Below, piece by piece: positions 50,593 to 64,000 of a stretch of DNA of 64,000 nt. The translations under genes were made by a program, and so were the position numbers. Source of the stretch: Chiloscyllium plagiosum. Its lineage: Eukaryota. Position 1 is the first letter of the stretch. Each line of letters starts with the position of its first letter. The notes beneath the pieces were generated by a model. That model saw only the letters and a program-made list of their open reading frames with translations, was not told where the DNA came from and did no database searches. The DNA lies in contig NC_057751.1 in the NCBI RefSeq assembly GCF_004010195.1, forward strand, positions 12,195,508 through 12,259,507, given 5' to 3'.

Positions 50593-53500
50593 TCTTCTTT
50601 AACTGTTGAGGTCCACAGCCTGTAGGGGCATCCGCAGTGTGTTGTTGAGAAGCAAGTTCCAAGATTTTGACTCAGTGACAATGAAGGAATGGCAATGTAG
50701 TTCCAAATCAGGACTGCTTGTGGCTTGGAGGGGAAGTTGCAGGTGCTTATGTTGCCATGTGTCTGTTGTCTTATCCTTCAAGGTGGGTGCCTAATGAACC
50801 TGTGGTTCAAAGTGTTTTTGATCCAAGCATCACTACCAAAGGAGAGGCGGTATGGCACAATGCAGTTACTTGGAGCAACCAGGCTTTGCAACACCTCAGA
50901 CTATTGGTACATCAGCAGGCAATGTCAGTTAACACTTGTGTCTTGAGGGTCTACACATGATTAAGGTAGGCAACAAAGTGAGAGATGACTTCCACATCTA
51001 TATCATTCATACTGATGAGAGTCACATTTGGTGGAGGCAAAGAGTCTCAAGCAGCTGCTGAAGACCCGTGTATTCAATACCAATGAAGGGATGTGTAGAT
51101 TTGGTGGTAGTCGGGTGGTAGATATGGTTGGTTGCAATCAGGAGACATTGTCAAAGCAGGGCACGGAGATCCCAAGATATCCTTGTGAAGCCGGGGTTCT
51201 AAAAAACCAAATGCATATCCTGAATTCAAATATCACACAACTGACATGATTACAAATGTTGACAATGTCAGTGTAATACTAAAAAAAAACAACAGATGGA
51301 ACAATCATTCCTAATGGTAATGCACTTCGAGAAAGTGGAATTTGACCACAACAACTGGCACTTCATTAGAGCACATATGCCTGAAGTGTTAATTTTTGTT
51401 TCGCAAGCTGAACAATTAAGGAGCATTGTTTAAGAGTGCTTGATGTCACAGCTCATTAATTTGCCAGTGCACAATGCCACACAGTGCAAGATGTGTGGGT
51501 TCCACTTTCTTTCACAGTTTGAGTCGTAAGTCAAACTGCCTACACAAGATGCCATATCCAGGATAAAGAATGAACTGTGAGTCAGCCTGTAAGCTGCACT
51601 TCTCATCACCAGTGTGAAAAATACAGCATCCAGACTTCAGCTTCAGGGGCTGTTGAAAATAGTGGTTCAGTCTATTTAGCAGCAATATCTTTGTTTTCCT
51701 CTGACTCTTTCATCTGCTTCCTGGGGGAAAGATGACTTAAAAATAAATGCTGTGCAGCATAACATGACAGGCTAATATTTTCATGTGATTAAGAGCAGAC
51801 ATGCTTTGTGTGCACAATAGTTGCGAGCCCATGTCCTGATAGTTTCAACATTAAAACCATTGGTAGCACTTCAATGAGCTCAGGTTTATTGAAAAGCTAT
51901 GTGGTGTGTAATATTCATGCTTATTTTTTGCATTAAAATGTATATTCATGATCTAAAAGGATGGAATAACATGCCCATTCTTATCACTGAATTGTTTAAA
52001 GGTAGTTCAACTGTGTCAGCTCCCAACCTCCTGACTCACAGTTTGGAATGAACTTTGTGTATAATGATGATAGTTTCAAAACATTGGGATTTCCCTTGAA
52101 AGCCACCACATGCATACAGTGTTAGTATCAGTATCAGTGATTCTAGTTTCCCTGATGGCTGCACCAGGTCCATGCAGGCCACTTGGAGAAAAACCCCTTC
52201 AGCGGGTGGCTTTAGATAAGCAGAAGCAACCCCATTCACGAGTGGCCATGCCTTCTGACCAACTGCTATCTCTGACAGTGAGATCCTTCCAGAGAAAGCT
52301 GAAGACAAATTGCCACAAGAAAAGTAACCTCTGTGGGATGGTTATCCTCTTGCTGAAGCTTCAGCACTCTGTGAAAAGTCAAAATTTGTTGTTGAAGTTC
52401 AATGGTGTGCATGCTTGCTGCATTTTTGACAGTCTTGCACCAATGGGTTGGTCTTATTTTCATTTATTTCAGTAAAATGCTTAAGTTGATACATAACTGA
52501 CAACCTTAGATGGGCTCAACTGAAGTCATTAGATGGAACCATAAAATCTCTGCTGGCAGTGTGGGTGCACATCTGATTTACTTTAGACAGAGCATATCCC
52601 TGGGAGAAACTGACTTCTTTAAGTAAGAAAAGAGTAAATATTATCTTACAGGTGTATGCTTCTGCAATATAAGATGGTTTCATATGAGGTGAAATAGCCT
52701 GCTATTACTTCCAATATACCCCAACCTCACGAATAATGACAATGCCAAATGAGACATGATAATAACAGCACACAGGCTTTCCAAGAATCAAGAGTAATGT
52801 AGGTGCCTCAAAAATCATCAGACCAGTTTATAATAAGAATGATTCCTGTTTCAACTGCCTTTGCCACTAGGTTTGCCTTGAGACTCGAGGTAACAGGTCT
52901 GAAAGTCAGTGTCATACTTCATGCATGCTGAATTGGCTTTGCACAATGCAAGGCAAAAACTCAGCCAGGACTCCTGTTTTGTATTCAGCCTGTCACTGAC
53001 TCAACAGTCCATCAAGGCTCAATCAGCACTTCACTGCATGTGATGAACAGAAGTGTTGGAGAAACCACAGTCAGAGAGAGTGTGCGATCTGAAGTGAAAA
53101 CAGAGGGGAAACAAGTCACAATGTTATTTCGATGCTGGTTGTTTATTCATAATCATTCCAGTGTAAACAAAGTAGTTGATGCATTAATATAATGTTTACT
53201 TTTTGAGATCGATAATTATATATAATTTCAATTGAATCACCATTACTCATTATTATGCACCTGATTCATTCACTTCATTTGTTATTTTGGAAAGAAAAAG
53301 ATCTTCCCTTAGTAAATGCTAAATGCTGAATGCTGTGTGCAGAATTTACAATTTGTGACTGAAGCTCAAAAATGGACTATACTGTCATGTATGGTGAAGA
53401 TTTCCTTTTTCATTCTTCTTACTCTACCCTTTTGGGAAATGAAATCTTCTCTAGTTTCACTGACATGCTATTCTATTGGAGTTGCTTTGCAGTCGCCTGG

Positions 53501-55384
53501 TGTGTCACTACAGGGAGCAAGAAGAAACCAGAGATATTTTCTCAAGGCAACCTCATACAGTATGGAGAGACTTGACATCTAAAAGTATGAAATTACTTTA
53601 TTAATCCAGATTGGAACAAGGCAACAAAATTGGAGTTTCAGTGGATCATGTGACAATTCTAAGGTGATATGATCCACATCTGTAGACATGATCATTGCTT
53701 CTTCAGGAACTGATATTTAGAGTCACAGCACAAGTTATTGACAGAAATCATCGTAAGCAGTAAAGCACAGCAAAATCACAGCCTGCCAATATAAATATTT
53801 TACGTATTTTCCTTGTGTATATACCCAAGGAGATTTCCACCTTCGTGTTGGCTTGCAAACAACTCCAAGAATGTAACAATGTAGTGTAATAAATATTAAT
53901 CAGCAGTGTCCAGTTTTCACTCAGCTATCAAACTGGGTAGATTTCTGATAGCAGAGACCCATTGGATACCTGTCAAGCAGACAGCTTTGAGGCCTGTTTG
54001 TTTTGCTCAACTGGAAATCTGAACAGCTAGAAGAATCGTCTTGAGCAATGGATGGATGAGATGAAGGAGGGATTACAGATTGAGCAAATTCATTCATGAC
54101 GTGATTCATGAACCCCAGCTTTTTTTAACAACATGCTCCATCTTTACTGTAAAACATGTATGAAACCAGTTTAAATATCATTGAGTGACACTTATTCTTT
54201 AATGCTGCTAATTTTCAGCAGGTCTCATGTAAGCTTCATGCATGCAATGGAATAAGTTTGTACTTATTTCAGGCAAGGCAACCAGAGTGTTGGGCTCAGA
54301 ACAGTGGGAAACATTTTGAGGAACAGAGAGAGCCATTTGTTCTAGTTGATGCTACATGTTGCAATTGAGTCTGTTTCTGTTTCAACACCGAAGAGGTCTT
54401 GGCGATAGCTGTTAAATTTTGAATGCTGACCTCCAATTGCCCTTATTAACAACTCATGCGTTTCAATGATACGGTCTTCTTCCAAACATTGAGGATATGA
54501 TTGCACTGGCATCAGTCACGCAGGCATGCTGAGAATATCAGATGGTAGAAAAGTAATTATGCTCATTGGTAGATTGATTAATTTTTGAAACCTAACAGAC
54601 AATTTGTAGGTATAAAACAGGTTTGCATCACACAGTGCTCAGGAACTCAGGCTGTGGAACATTATGACCTTGATGGAATTGAGCTCAGACTGTGCTTTGC
54701 CTCAGTTGATGGAGATACTTTCCATGACATGTAAAGCCAAAAATCTGATATGATAAGTTAATGCCATTTTCCCTGGATGCAGAGCTCAGGTTTTCAGCCA
54801 ACTTGCAATGCTGCATTTCTCTGAGAGGAATACAGGTTCCAGGGTCAGCTTTCAAGTGACGTAACCGATGAGTTAATACCCGATCCTCTGATGCATTTTA
54901 GAATTTTAATCTGTTTCTGCATGCTGAGCATTTTTATGAGAACAGCGTGTGATAATTACTTCAAGCATTGTTCTGACAAGTCAGACCAAATATGCACTAT
55001 GGAAAAGAACTTCACACAATGACAGTTTCAACAAAAAGTTGCATAAAATGAAACAATTTTACAATGTTTGGTGCTTGATCACCAAGTGTTCCCACCAATT
55101 GTTATGCCCAAGTGCTATTTTGAGTCTTTCCTTATGACTGGTGCCTAGAAGAAGAGAAGATGATGCATTTTTTCAACAAAAAGCTTTAAACTTGAATGAA
55201 TAGATGGAAGCTAATTGTAATTTTAGTCAGACTCACGTAAAATAAGTTATTCCGAAGGTTAGCATGCAGCCAGCAGTTTCAACTTGCAAGATTCAGACAT
55301 CCTGGCCATCTCTTTAAATTTTAGCTTTCTGTCAAAGATCAGCAGCCCTTCTTGCAACGTTATCACCATACTGGCAAGCATATC

Positions 55385-55725
55385 CTTTGTGGAAGCAGGC
55401 TATTCAGCCCATTGAGTCCACAATGATCCTCCAAAGAGCATCCCATTCAGACAAGCCCCCTTCACCTATCCCTGAAACCCTGCATTTCCCATGGCTAATC
55501 CACATAGCCTGCACATGCCTAGACACTATGAGCAATGTGGCCTGGCCAATTCATCTAACCTGCACATCTTTAGACTGTGGGAAGAAACCGCAGCACCCAG
55601 AGGAAACCTGTGCAGACACTGAGAGAATGTGTGAACTCAACACAGACAGTCGCCTGAGGCTGGAATTCAACCCAGATACTTGGTGCTGTGAGGCAGCAGT
55701 GCTAATCACTGAGCCACCACAATGC
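55385..55725 (-). mobile_element. HE1-type V-SINE, diverged
   Basis: Homologous to 7030-7320 (cctgcacatctttagactgtgggaagaaaccg...gtgaggcagcagtgcta). Confidence 0.88.
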
Positions 55726-57384
55726 CTTGGGTGTTTCCGATGAGAAATTGTAGGCACTCTTATCAATGAATTAGACACACTTGTTGTTATAGTGTAATGA
55801 AGTTCCACTCTGCTCACAATCCTACTACCTTCTCAACCACCAACAACCAGAGATACAACTTCTATGTTCTGAACTCTACCTAATTCATGATGCATGACTG
55901 TCACTAAGAGGATATAATTTGAATGACAGGTTTGTTGTTATTTTTGTTGTTAAACATTTGTTGAAGACCCCTACCTGAATCAGTTGGGTAAAAATAATAT
56001 ACAGGGCATAAGGCAATTAATGCCTGAAAGCTCCACCCAACAGGATAAACACAAATCTGGTCCTGGCAGGAGATAACCAGATCTAATTTGATGTCAGTTC
56101 TTGTTGCAAGTTTTTTGCTGAGTCCTATACAGATTAATGGAGTGTACTTGGTCTTAAGTGTAGCCTGGGGTCCCACAACAAAATTCTCAACTAACACAAA
56201 GTTGGTTAACTAGGTATTAAGTACATTGTAATAAACATATTGCATTTTTCAGCAGTGAACTTGCTTCTGCTCAAGGTGTTTTTGTGAGTATCCTTCCCCA
56301 TTTGGTATTAGCAATTTAGATAAATGTCAATAAAGAAGGGCTGTTGTCATTGAAACTACCCAATGCAACTCAAATGGTATCAGTGGACATCACCACAACA
56401 TATGCCAATACTAATGCCATCAATTTTCTCCAAATATTCCTGCCAACAATCAGCAGGCTTCAGGCTGAATGAACTGTTCCTGTTGAAAACCAAAGCCTGA
56501 CAGTTTAATTTGACCTGGCTTTCAAGAATCAATTGGTGACAATGACATATTTCTTGTTGGATAATTATCCTGATTTTGTTCATGCACTCCACAACTTTGT
56601 CACACCTTTTGACAGGATCGGTACATCAAAGTCATTTTTTGACATGGAAGAATATCTCATCCACACCAAAATGGAAATTTCCAGCTTGCTTTGAATTTCT
56701 TTACTGAAGATGTCATTTTATTGAATATGTCACTGATTCTTTTAATTTTATAGTCACTGCGGTGCTGGCTGGATCCCACTCCATTACAATATTAGGGTTG
56801 AATTAACCCACGACTGCATTTTGAGTTGGAGGCAAGTGGTGTTCTGTTAACAATGTTGGAAAATCACATATAACTAAGGAACTTTTGGATTTAGTCAGAG
56901 TTCTGTCAACTTCGGTGAGAAAGAAAATATCATTTGTACATTTTGAACTGTTTAACATAGTGATATAACAAAGTTAAAGATTACATCTTAACTTCTGTCT
57001 ACCTAGATTTATTGAACAGAATTTGCTTTGTTCCGTTAGTTGTTCGGGACAAATTTGCACATCAGACAACGTGAGGTACTCATATTAACGTCTTGCATTC
57101 TCAATATTAATGCCACATCAAAGCTTACAGAACTTCGCAAAACACCAGAGAAGTAACTTTGTAGAGTTAAAGTATGTCATGGACAAACTAGCAATTCTGG
57201 GGAAATGCTAAGATTATGTTTTTTGAATGAGGACACTTCGACAAAGATAAAGGATTCATGTTTTGCAGTGCAACAAATATTCCAAGGTGAATCTGTTAAA
57301 CAAAATGAAGAAATAAATAGATTGCCATCATTGAACAGATATCATCATCAAGCTTGGGAGAATCTTAAAAAAAAAGTCTTCTGC

Positions 57385-59890
57385 AGCCAACCTCTGAATC
57401 TCAGGTACAGCATATAGTTGAACTCCGCCTCTGTGCCCTTTCTTTGGATAAGAGTCTTCTCCCCATGCCACAGAATCTTTCATCCACCTCTCACATTCTC
57501 CCTCCAGCATGATCCCTCCCATTCCCCTTTTAACTCCACTTGACCTCTTCATTAAAAACTGTCAATGTGACGTTGGTCACCCTAATTTCTTTGCCCCCCC
57601 TTCTAATCTGACTGCTCACCATGCTCTCAGATCCAACCCTGACTTGGTGATCAAGCCTGCTGACAAGGTGCTGTTGCAATCAGGCATAATGACCTCTACA
57701 CTGTGGAGGCTAAGCCTCATCTGTCGGATACCTCTTTCTATCTCACACTTGACCATGGCCTTACTATTGAACATTAGGCTATTGTGTGTACCATGGTGAC
57801 TGATCTCATCTTATGTGGGATCTCCAGTCCCCCTCCCAACTTCCAAGCTTGTACAGTCCACTTCAACCTTCCTCCCAAAATCCACAAACAACACTGCCGG
57901 GGTAGATCTGTTGTTTCCATCTGTTCCACAGAACTCATCTCTTCCTACGTTAACTAGAATTTTTTCTCACCTTGTCCAGTTCCTTCCAACTTACATCTGA
58001 GATTTTTCTGTAGCTTTACATTTTTTACATGATTCAGAATTTCCAGTTTGTGGGCCCCAGCTGCCTCCTCTTCACCAAGCTCACTCAATCTCTTGACACA
58101 TCCATCTGCCATCCAGATAATCCTTGGGTTCTCCACTCCTTCCTGGAAAAAAGGCATGAACCATCCCCACCACCAGCTTCGCCTCCTTGGCTGAGTTCAT
58201 TCTTACTTTTGATCAACTTGTCCTTAAACTCCTCTTACTTCCCTCAGATCAAAGATGTGGTCATGGGCACCTGCATGGGCCCCAATTCAACCCGTCTCTT
58301 TATGAGGTTTGTGGAACATACCATGTTCCAGTCCTACTCCAGCCTCCACCCACAACCCTTTCACCAGTACATTGATGACATCATTGCTGTAAGCTTCCCT
58401 CTCTTGCTTGGAATTGGAAAAATGTATCAATTTTGCTTCCAATTCCATCCTGCTCTTACCTTCACCTGATCCATCTCTGACTCCTTTCATCCCTTCCTTG
58501 ACATCTCTGTTTCCATTTCTGGGGACAGGCTGGCCACTGATATCCAACACAAACCCACCAATTCCCACAGTTACCTGGACTATACATCCTCACATTCTAC
58601 TTCCTGTAGAGATTAATGCTATGATTCCATTCTCTTCATCTCCATTGCCTCTGTTTTGATGATGCCATCTTCAATAGATGGGCATCGGAATGTCCATTGC
58701 TCCACAGCTGAGGATTTCCCACCACCGTGGATAACTGGGTCCTCACCTGTATCCAACCCATTTCCCCCTCTGGACCACACCTCTTCTTTTCCCTCCCAGA
58801 ACACAGATAGGGTTTGCATGATCCTCGTTGTCCACCCACCAGCCGACATCCAAAGGATGAGAAGCCACCATTTCACCACCTCCAGCAGAATGCCACCATC
58901 AGACACCTATCCCCCTCCCCTCCCTTGTCAGCATGTCTAGAGACAATCTGGTCCATTCCTCTCCCAACCCCAATATCTCTGTACACCCTTATGGCACCTC
59001 CCCATGCAAGTGTGGAAGGTGCAACACCTCCTCGCTAGCCAAGGCCACAGACACTCCTTCCAGATGAAGCAGTACCTGCACTTCACTTAATCTAGTCTAC
59101 AGTATTCACTACTCACCATTGGGTTTCCTTTACACTGGGGAGATGAAGTGTAGGCTGTGCAATCGTATTGGGGAATTCCCACACTCTGCAAAAATGACCC
59201 TGAACTTCCAGTTGCCTGATACTTCAATATGCCACCATAATGTCTGGCCGACATTTCCGCCTTGGACAAAGAAATAGAAATTGCTGGAAAGACTCAGCAC
59301 GTCTGGCATCATCTGTGGAGCGAAAACAAAGTTAACATTTTGGGTCCAGGGATCCTTCTTCAGAACTGCGTCTTTAGAATTTTTCAGATTTTGTGTCTTC
59401 AGCCTGCTCCAGTGCTCCAGAGAGGCTCAATGCAAGCTGGAGGAACAACATCTCATTTCTCACTTGGAGTCCCTGCAGCCTTCAGGACTCAGTATCCAGC
59501 TAAAGAAACTTTACAACCTGAACACCTGGCTTTATGTCCTTTACTCATTCCCACCCTAAGTCCTGTCAACACGCTGATTGCTTTCTGTGCAGCCAATGCA
59601 TTTTCACCCACTCATGAACCCATTATCAGTCTTTCTTTGTCTCTGGCACACCACTATCAATTCTTACATTGAGCCAAACTTTGTACTGTCTCTCTGGGCT
59701 CCGTTTCACCCTATCCGTTCACTCCAATCCCCTTCCCCTCCACTGCCCCCATCCCTACTATATATACCACCTTTTCCCAACTACTATCGGTTGTGAAGAA
59801 GGGTCACTGAACTCAAAACAACTCTGCTTTCTCTCCACAGATGCTGTCAGACCTGCTGAGTTTCTCTCGCAATTTCTGCTTTTGATTTGA
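57385..59890 (+). mobile_element. Older Penelope-like element (RT, GIY-YIG region, terminus with decayed HHR)
   Basis: LVIKPADK (57509..57799), MGTCMGP...QYIDD (58029..58469), LEEQHLISHL (59281..59559). Terminus ...ctctccacagatgctg at ~59830, with an inverted terminal piece at ~59265-59400. Confidence 0.8.
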
Positions 59891-61087
59891 AAAAGCTATT
59901 TCATGTCAAAAGGCTGTCCTCTTCAACAGAGTTCAAACATACAAAAGAATAAAGAATTAATATACCTAACTGTTGTTCCAATCTTTAAATCAAACATTTT
60001 CCCATGAGATAGGAATAAATAAACACATGAAAAAAAAAAGAGATAGGACGCAGTTTGTGTGTAGCATTAACACAGGCATCAATTGGTCCTTTTGTAGGAA
60101 GCATTTCATATGCACTTCCATTATTAAATTTAAAATCTGGCAATCTGAGGTAGATCCATATATTTGAAAGACACCTTGGTAAATATACATACTTACTCAA
60201 TTGATCGTCTTGATTGGGGACTAATGGTTATTTGTTCTTGGTGAAGTTCAAGATATTTTAAGTCAGTGTTCATCAAATCAGAGGACTTTGACAAGTTTCA
60301 GAAAAGGTATAAACTTAACATATTTGAAAGTTCAAAGCATTAGAGTGATAGCTGGAAGGTTAAATTCTATTTTACAAAACAGAAGTCCCAGTACAATCTG
60401 AGATCAAGGTAACGTCATATACACACACTACAAGTACATACACGTGTGTTTAATTATAATGACAATATTCAAAGGAAGTTGACAACTTGCTTCAGGCAAC
60501 CTCAGGCAGACTATATGCTTTAAAAGAAACATGTCATATAATACTCGTGTCACAGATGATAATCCAGATCACAGAATGTTTGAGCAATAATTTGATATGT
60601 TCAGTTTTCATCATGACCTTGGACAACGATAGCATTTTTTGATACAAAGACAAACAGCACGTGTTTTAATATCGTGCTTCACATTTGTCAGTCATGGCTG
60701 TCCCTATGGTGATTTGACAGAAAGTATCAAAATTACCGGAAGGTCATCTTTAATATATTCTTGATGGTGTTAATTGTGGCAGCTTAAATTCTTGAAAATA
60801 ATGTTAAGCACTGCCGTGCTCAACTTCATTCTTGATGACACTGGCAAGTAGCAGTTAATTACACTCCATGCACTGTGCTCCCGCGGTAATTGATTTGGCT
60901 TGGAAACTATTGATCCAATTTGAACTGGTCTGTGTAAGACAGATGAAAGGCAAGCTCATTTAATCATCAAATAAATTTTAGACAAGAACAGCAGATTCAA
61001 ATTTGACTTATCAATGTGTACATAAGAGAAAGGTGGTTGGAATCGCTTAACAGATACCTTCCAACCATTTAACTCGGTAACAATGTG

Positions 61088-61308
61088 GCAGATTCTGGAT
61101 TAGTGGTGCTGGAAGAGCACAGCAGTTCAGGCAGCATCCAAGGAGCTTCGAAATCGACGTTTCAGGCAAAAGCCCTTCATCAGGAATATGGGCTTTTGCC
61201 CGAAACGTCGATTTCGAAGCTCCTTAGATGCTGCCTGAACTGCTGTGCTCTTCCAGGACCACTAATCCAGAATCTGGTTTCCAGCATCTGCAGTCATTGT
61301 TTTTACCT
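61088..61308. mobile_element. Palindromic 221-bp PLE-derived mini-element with hammerhead motif and 10-bp TSD
   Basis: 61089-61175 is inverted against 61190-61276 with few mismatches. Perfect TSD taacaatgtg at 61078-61087 and 61309-61318. Confidence 0.9.
61153..61187 (-). ncRNA. Minimal type I hammerhead ribozyme motif, sense to ZMAT4 pre-mRNA
   Basis: Minus strand AUUC CUGAUGA A GGGC-UUUU-GCCU GAAA CGUC GAU: intact boxes, palindromic ACGU stem III, GUC triplet. Stem I is very short. Confidence 0.7.
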
Positions 61309-64000
61309 TAACAATGTGACAGACAACAGAAGAAAGGGCTTTGTTGTCTTTCAATTTTGATCCACCTTTCAATATCACATTTGAACTTCAAGGTGCATTA
61401 CTCTTGTCCAAACTACCCCCTATCCTTGAATTCCAATGGTGCTCAAAGATTGAGCAAACTCAGTCTTGACAATACTCATTGACTGCATTTCACTAGCCCT
61501 CTGCACTTTCAAAGGTTCACAATCCTCTGAGTGAAGAAATTAGACCAGGTTGGCTGGTCCTATTTGTCCTTCTCCTTCCTAGTTTTCCAGCTGGCAGAAG
61601 CAAATTCTCAGGACCCATCCACTCAAAATCTCCAACATTTGATATGTTCCCGTGAGTTCATCTCCAATCATCTGAACTCCAGAGGAAATAGCCCATTCTT
61701 CTAAGTTTCTTCTGAGGACAGCTGTCTCAGCGCAAGACTAAATCTACTCAACTGCTAGCCGCATTTCTTCGGGCAAGCAAACTACAAAGGGGTTGAATGG
61801 CAGAGGAGACTCCATGTGTTGAGTGACCTACGGTCTGTTCCAATATCTTATGGTATCATCACATGTACTGAGAACTTGGTCTATGAACACACACAGAGTG
61901 AAATCCAATAAAATCAGAGATAACAGTAATATTTGTACAAATTTCATGAAGCTACAATGATGGTGATCAAGGAAACTGACAACTTGCAACAGGCAGCCCC
62001 ATAGCTGAAGGCTGAACATCACACTGTTGCGGAGAGAAACAGCAAACTATAAGCCATAGAGAATTGTGTCACATTGCTAAGAAGACTAACAATTTGCAGA
62101 GTACATGCTGTGGTTCCACCGATGCCCTGCATAACTCTTCCAAAATTTATTATTACTTTCAAACCCCAACAGGATAAAAGCTAATATACATTCTGGCTTG
62201 TTATTTCCTTGCTGTATTTACACATGATGTTATGATCCCTGCAGAGAGAAAAGACTAATGAATGCATCAAATGATTATCAAGAAAACCAGTGAACTAAAA
62301 CTTCCCTTTATTTGGCTTTTACTCAAAAAATCAATTGTAAGTCAACGGACAAATTGCGGTTTCATATCAACCATAAATTATACGTTAGATCGCAGACACA
62401 ATAAAGTCAAAAGTCAACGATTTACTTTCGAGTCCACTCAACATGCATGGCAATGACTTCAAAGCTCTGAATTCTCTCCAGTAGAATTTATGCATTTTTT
62501 TTTGAGGGCTTAGACTGATTCCCTATTGACAACAGCCAAACAACCCCAGTTCGCAGATACGGTCTTCACCAAAATGCTGTATGCAAGCAAAAGCTCAATT
62601 CTGCTTTGAACATGTCGATGGTGTGAATTAAATAATCTTATCACCCAACAAACTGAAACAACTGCACCAACTGTATATTTGCCTTTACTCAGATCTGGGA
62701 TTCAGTTTGTACTGCACCATTCAGATCTGAGTTTCAAAGGCTCTGTGTTTTCTTTATCTGCATTAAACTCATGTCAGGCTCCTCTGAAACTTTAAATTTC
62801 TCTTGCCATTCCGGTTTTAGTTTACCTAGACACCAGAAAGTTTGGATTCATTTCACTTAGCCTAAGTTTCTGTTTCAGTTCCAATTCAAATCTGTCAGAA
62901 AAAACTATAAACTTTGAAATTATGTATTCCATCATTATGAACTTTGTATGTTTCTAGGAAATGTTGTAAGATCAAAATTATATTAGGTTTTGAACGGAAT
63001 TATTTCACCATGTTGTACGTGATGTAATATTCATCTAGCTGACACCGTTATGTTCCCTTGACTTTAATCACTACTGTCCTCTTTGCATTTTGTAAACTAA
63101 AATAGCATCAATTCTACTGAGTAAGAAAAATAGTAGCCACAGTTCTGCTTTAAGTTGTTCTTTAATTGATGTGTTCAAGTTGTTAATATTCCTAAGAATA
63201 ATTAAATCCAGAACTTTGAGAATCAGAGATAAAAAGAAATCACTTGGCCCATCAAAGCAGATCTCTTTCATGCATTAACTCTCCCACCATGGGATCTAAT
63301 TATGCTTGAGTGAACTCCAAATTCTTCGTTTGCCTTGTTTGTAAATTATTTCACACATCTATCACAGATTCCTCTGTTACTAAAAACCACTTTATTTCAC
63401 CACAGTAACAACTGTATCTGTATCTCTGTTGCTCTCCCTTTCTGGCACCAATATCCTTATTTCTGTTTGTATGATTTAGAGGCCTGACTTCTCCAACAGT
63501 AACCTAGCTAGCCAAAAAAGGTAATTTTTCCTGAAGTAATTGTTCCACATTAATTATTCACTGAATTCTACTGATGTCTCTTGGTCCTATTTCCTTGCTT
63601 TACTTTGCCGAAATAATCTGGATTTAATTTATCTCTAGCGTTTAATATTTTGCATGCTCAAAGTGAAATCTGTGAAAAATATTTAGCATGTTGCTTTAAT
63701 TTGCTTCACTTTTCTTAACATTTTTATTCCAATAGAGTTAGGTTACTCCAGTATTTCTAAGAGACGTTAGGTAATTATAAACAGACTCAAGAACCACTCT
63801 TATAAATGCTCTTGCAAAAAATAATATATTCTGAACAAATTTCCATTGTCTCCAAGACTAGCAAGCTACGTTGTCCTGAAACATGGCATTTTGGTGCCTG
63901 TGAAATGATGGCTGGTAGGTTTTAAAATAACAGATTGGTTTAGATATATGGTTGATCATTGATGCTTGAAATGAAGCAACTGATCTGCTGATCCACTGTT

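Noticed and set aside
50429..50662. ORF containing YMLYPPD, superficially like the YMLHP of the preceding ZMAT4 exon
   Set aside because: No flanking similarity. It lies in a repeat tail and duplicated segment, and the other copy has a stop at this position.
61031..61070. Short inverted repeat ggtggttggaa / ttccaaccatt beside the 61-kb insertion
   Set aside because: About 11 bp with a long loop; too weak to distinguish from chance.

Overview
Eukaryotic, repeat-rich vertebrate DNA, most likely from a shark (HE1/V-SINE copies and abundant CR1 and Penelope-like elements). The window lies inside a large minus-strand gene, ZMAT4 (matrin-type C2H2 zinc finger). Two coding exons are visible (38454-38301 and 2710-2498); they have canonical AG/GT sites and compatible phase, and are separated by a ~35.6-kb intron. 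The rest is intronic and filled with decayed CR1, L1/Tx1-type and Rex1/Babar LINEs, SINEs, a probable solo LTR and many Penelope-like elements (PLEs). Highlights: (1) Several PLE families carry minimal hammerhead-ribozyme (HHR) motifs and have inserted as fold-back units of ~90 bp to 2.5 kb, each with a 9-17 bp target-site duplication (TSD). These include ~220-bp non-coding palindromes folded at the ribozyme. (2) A ~5.9-kb inversion (25567-31443) can be reconstructed from a split CR1 and a split L1. (3) A CR1 has an inverted 5' part. (4) Local sequence capture or duplication occurs next to PLE termini. (5) There is a perfect 27-bp hairpin. Repeat family names come from recalled motifs, not database searches, and repeat borders without TSDs are approximate.
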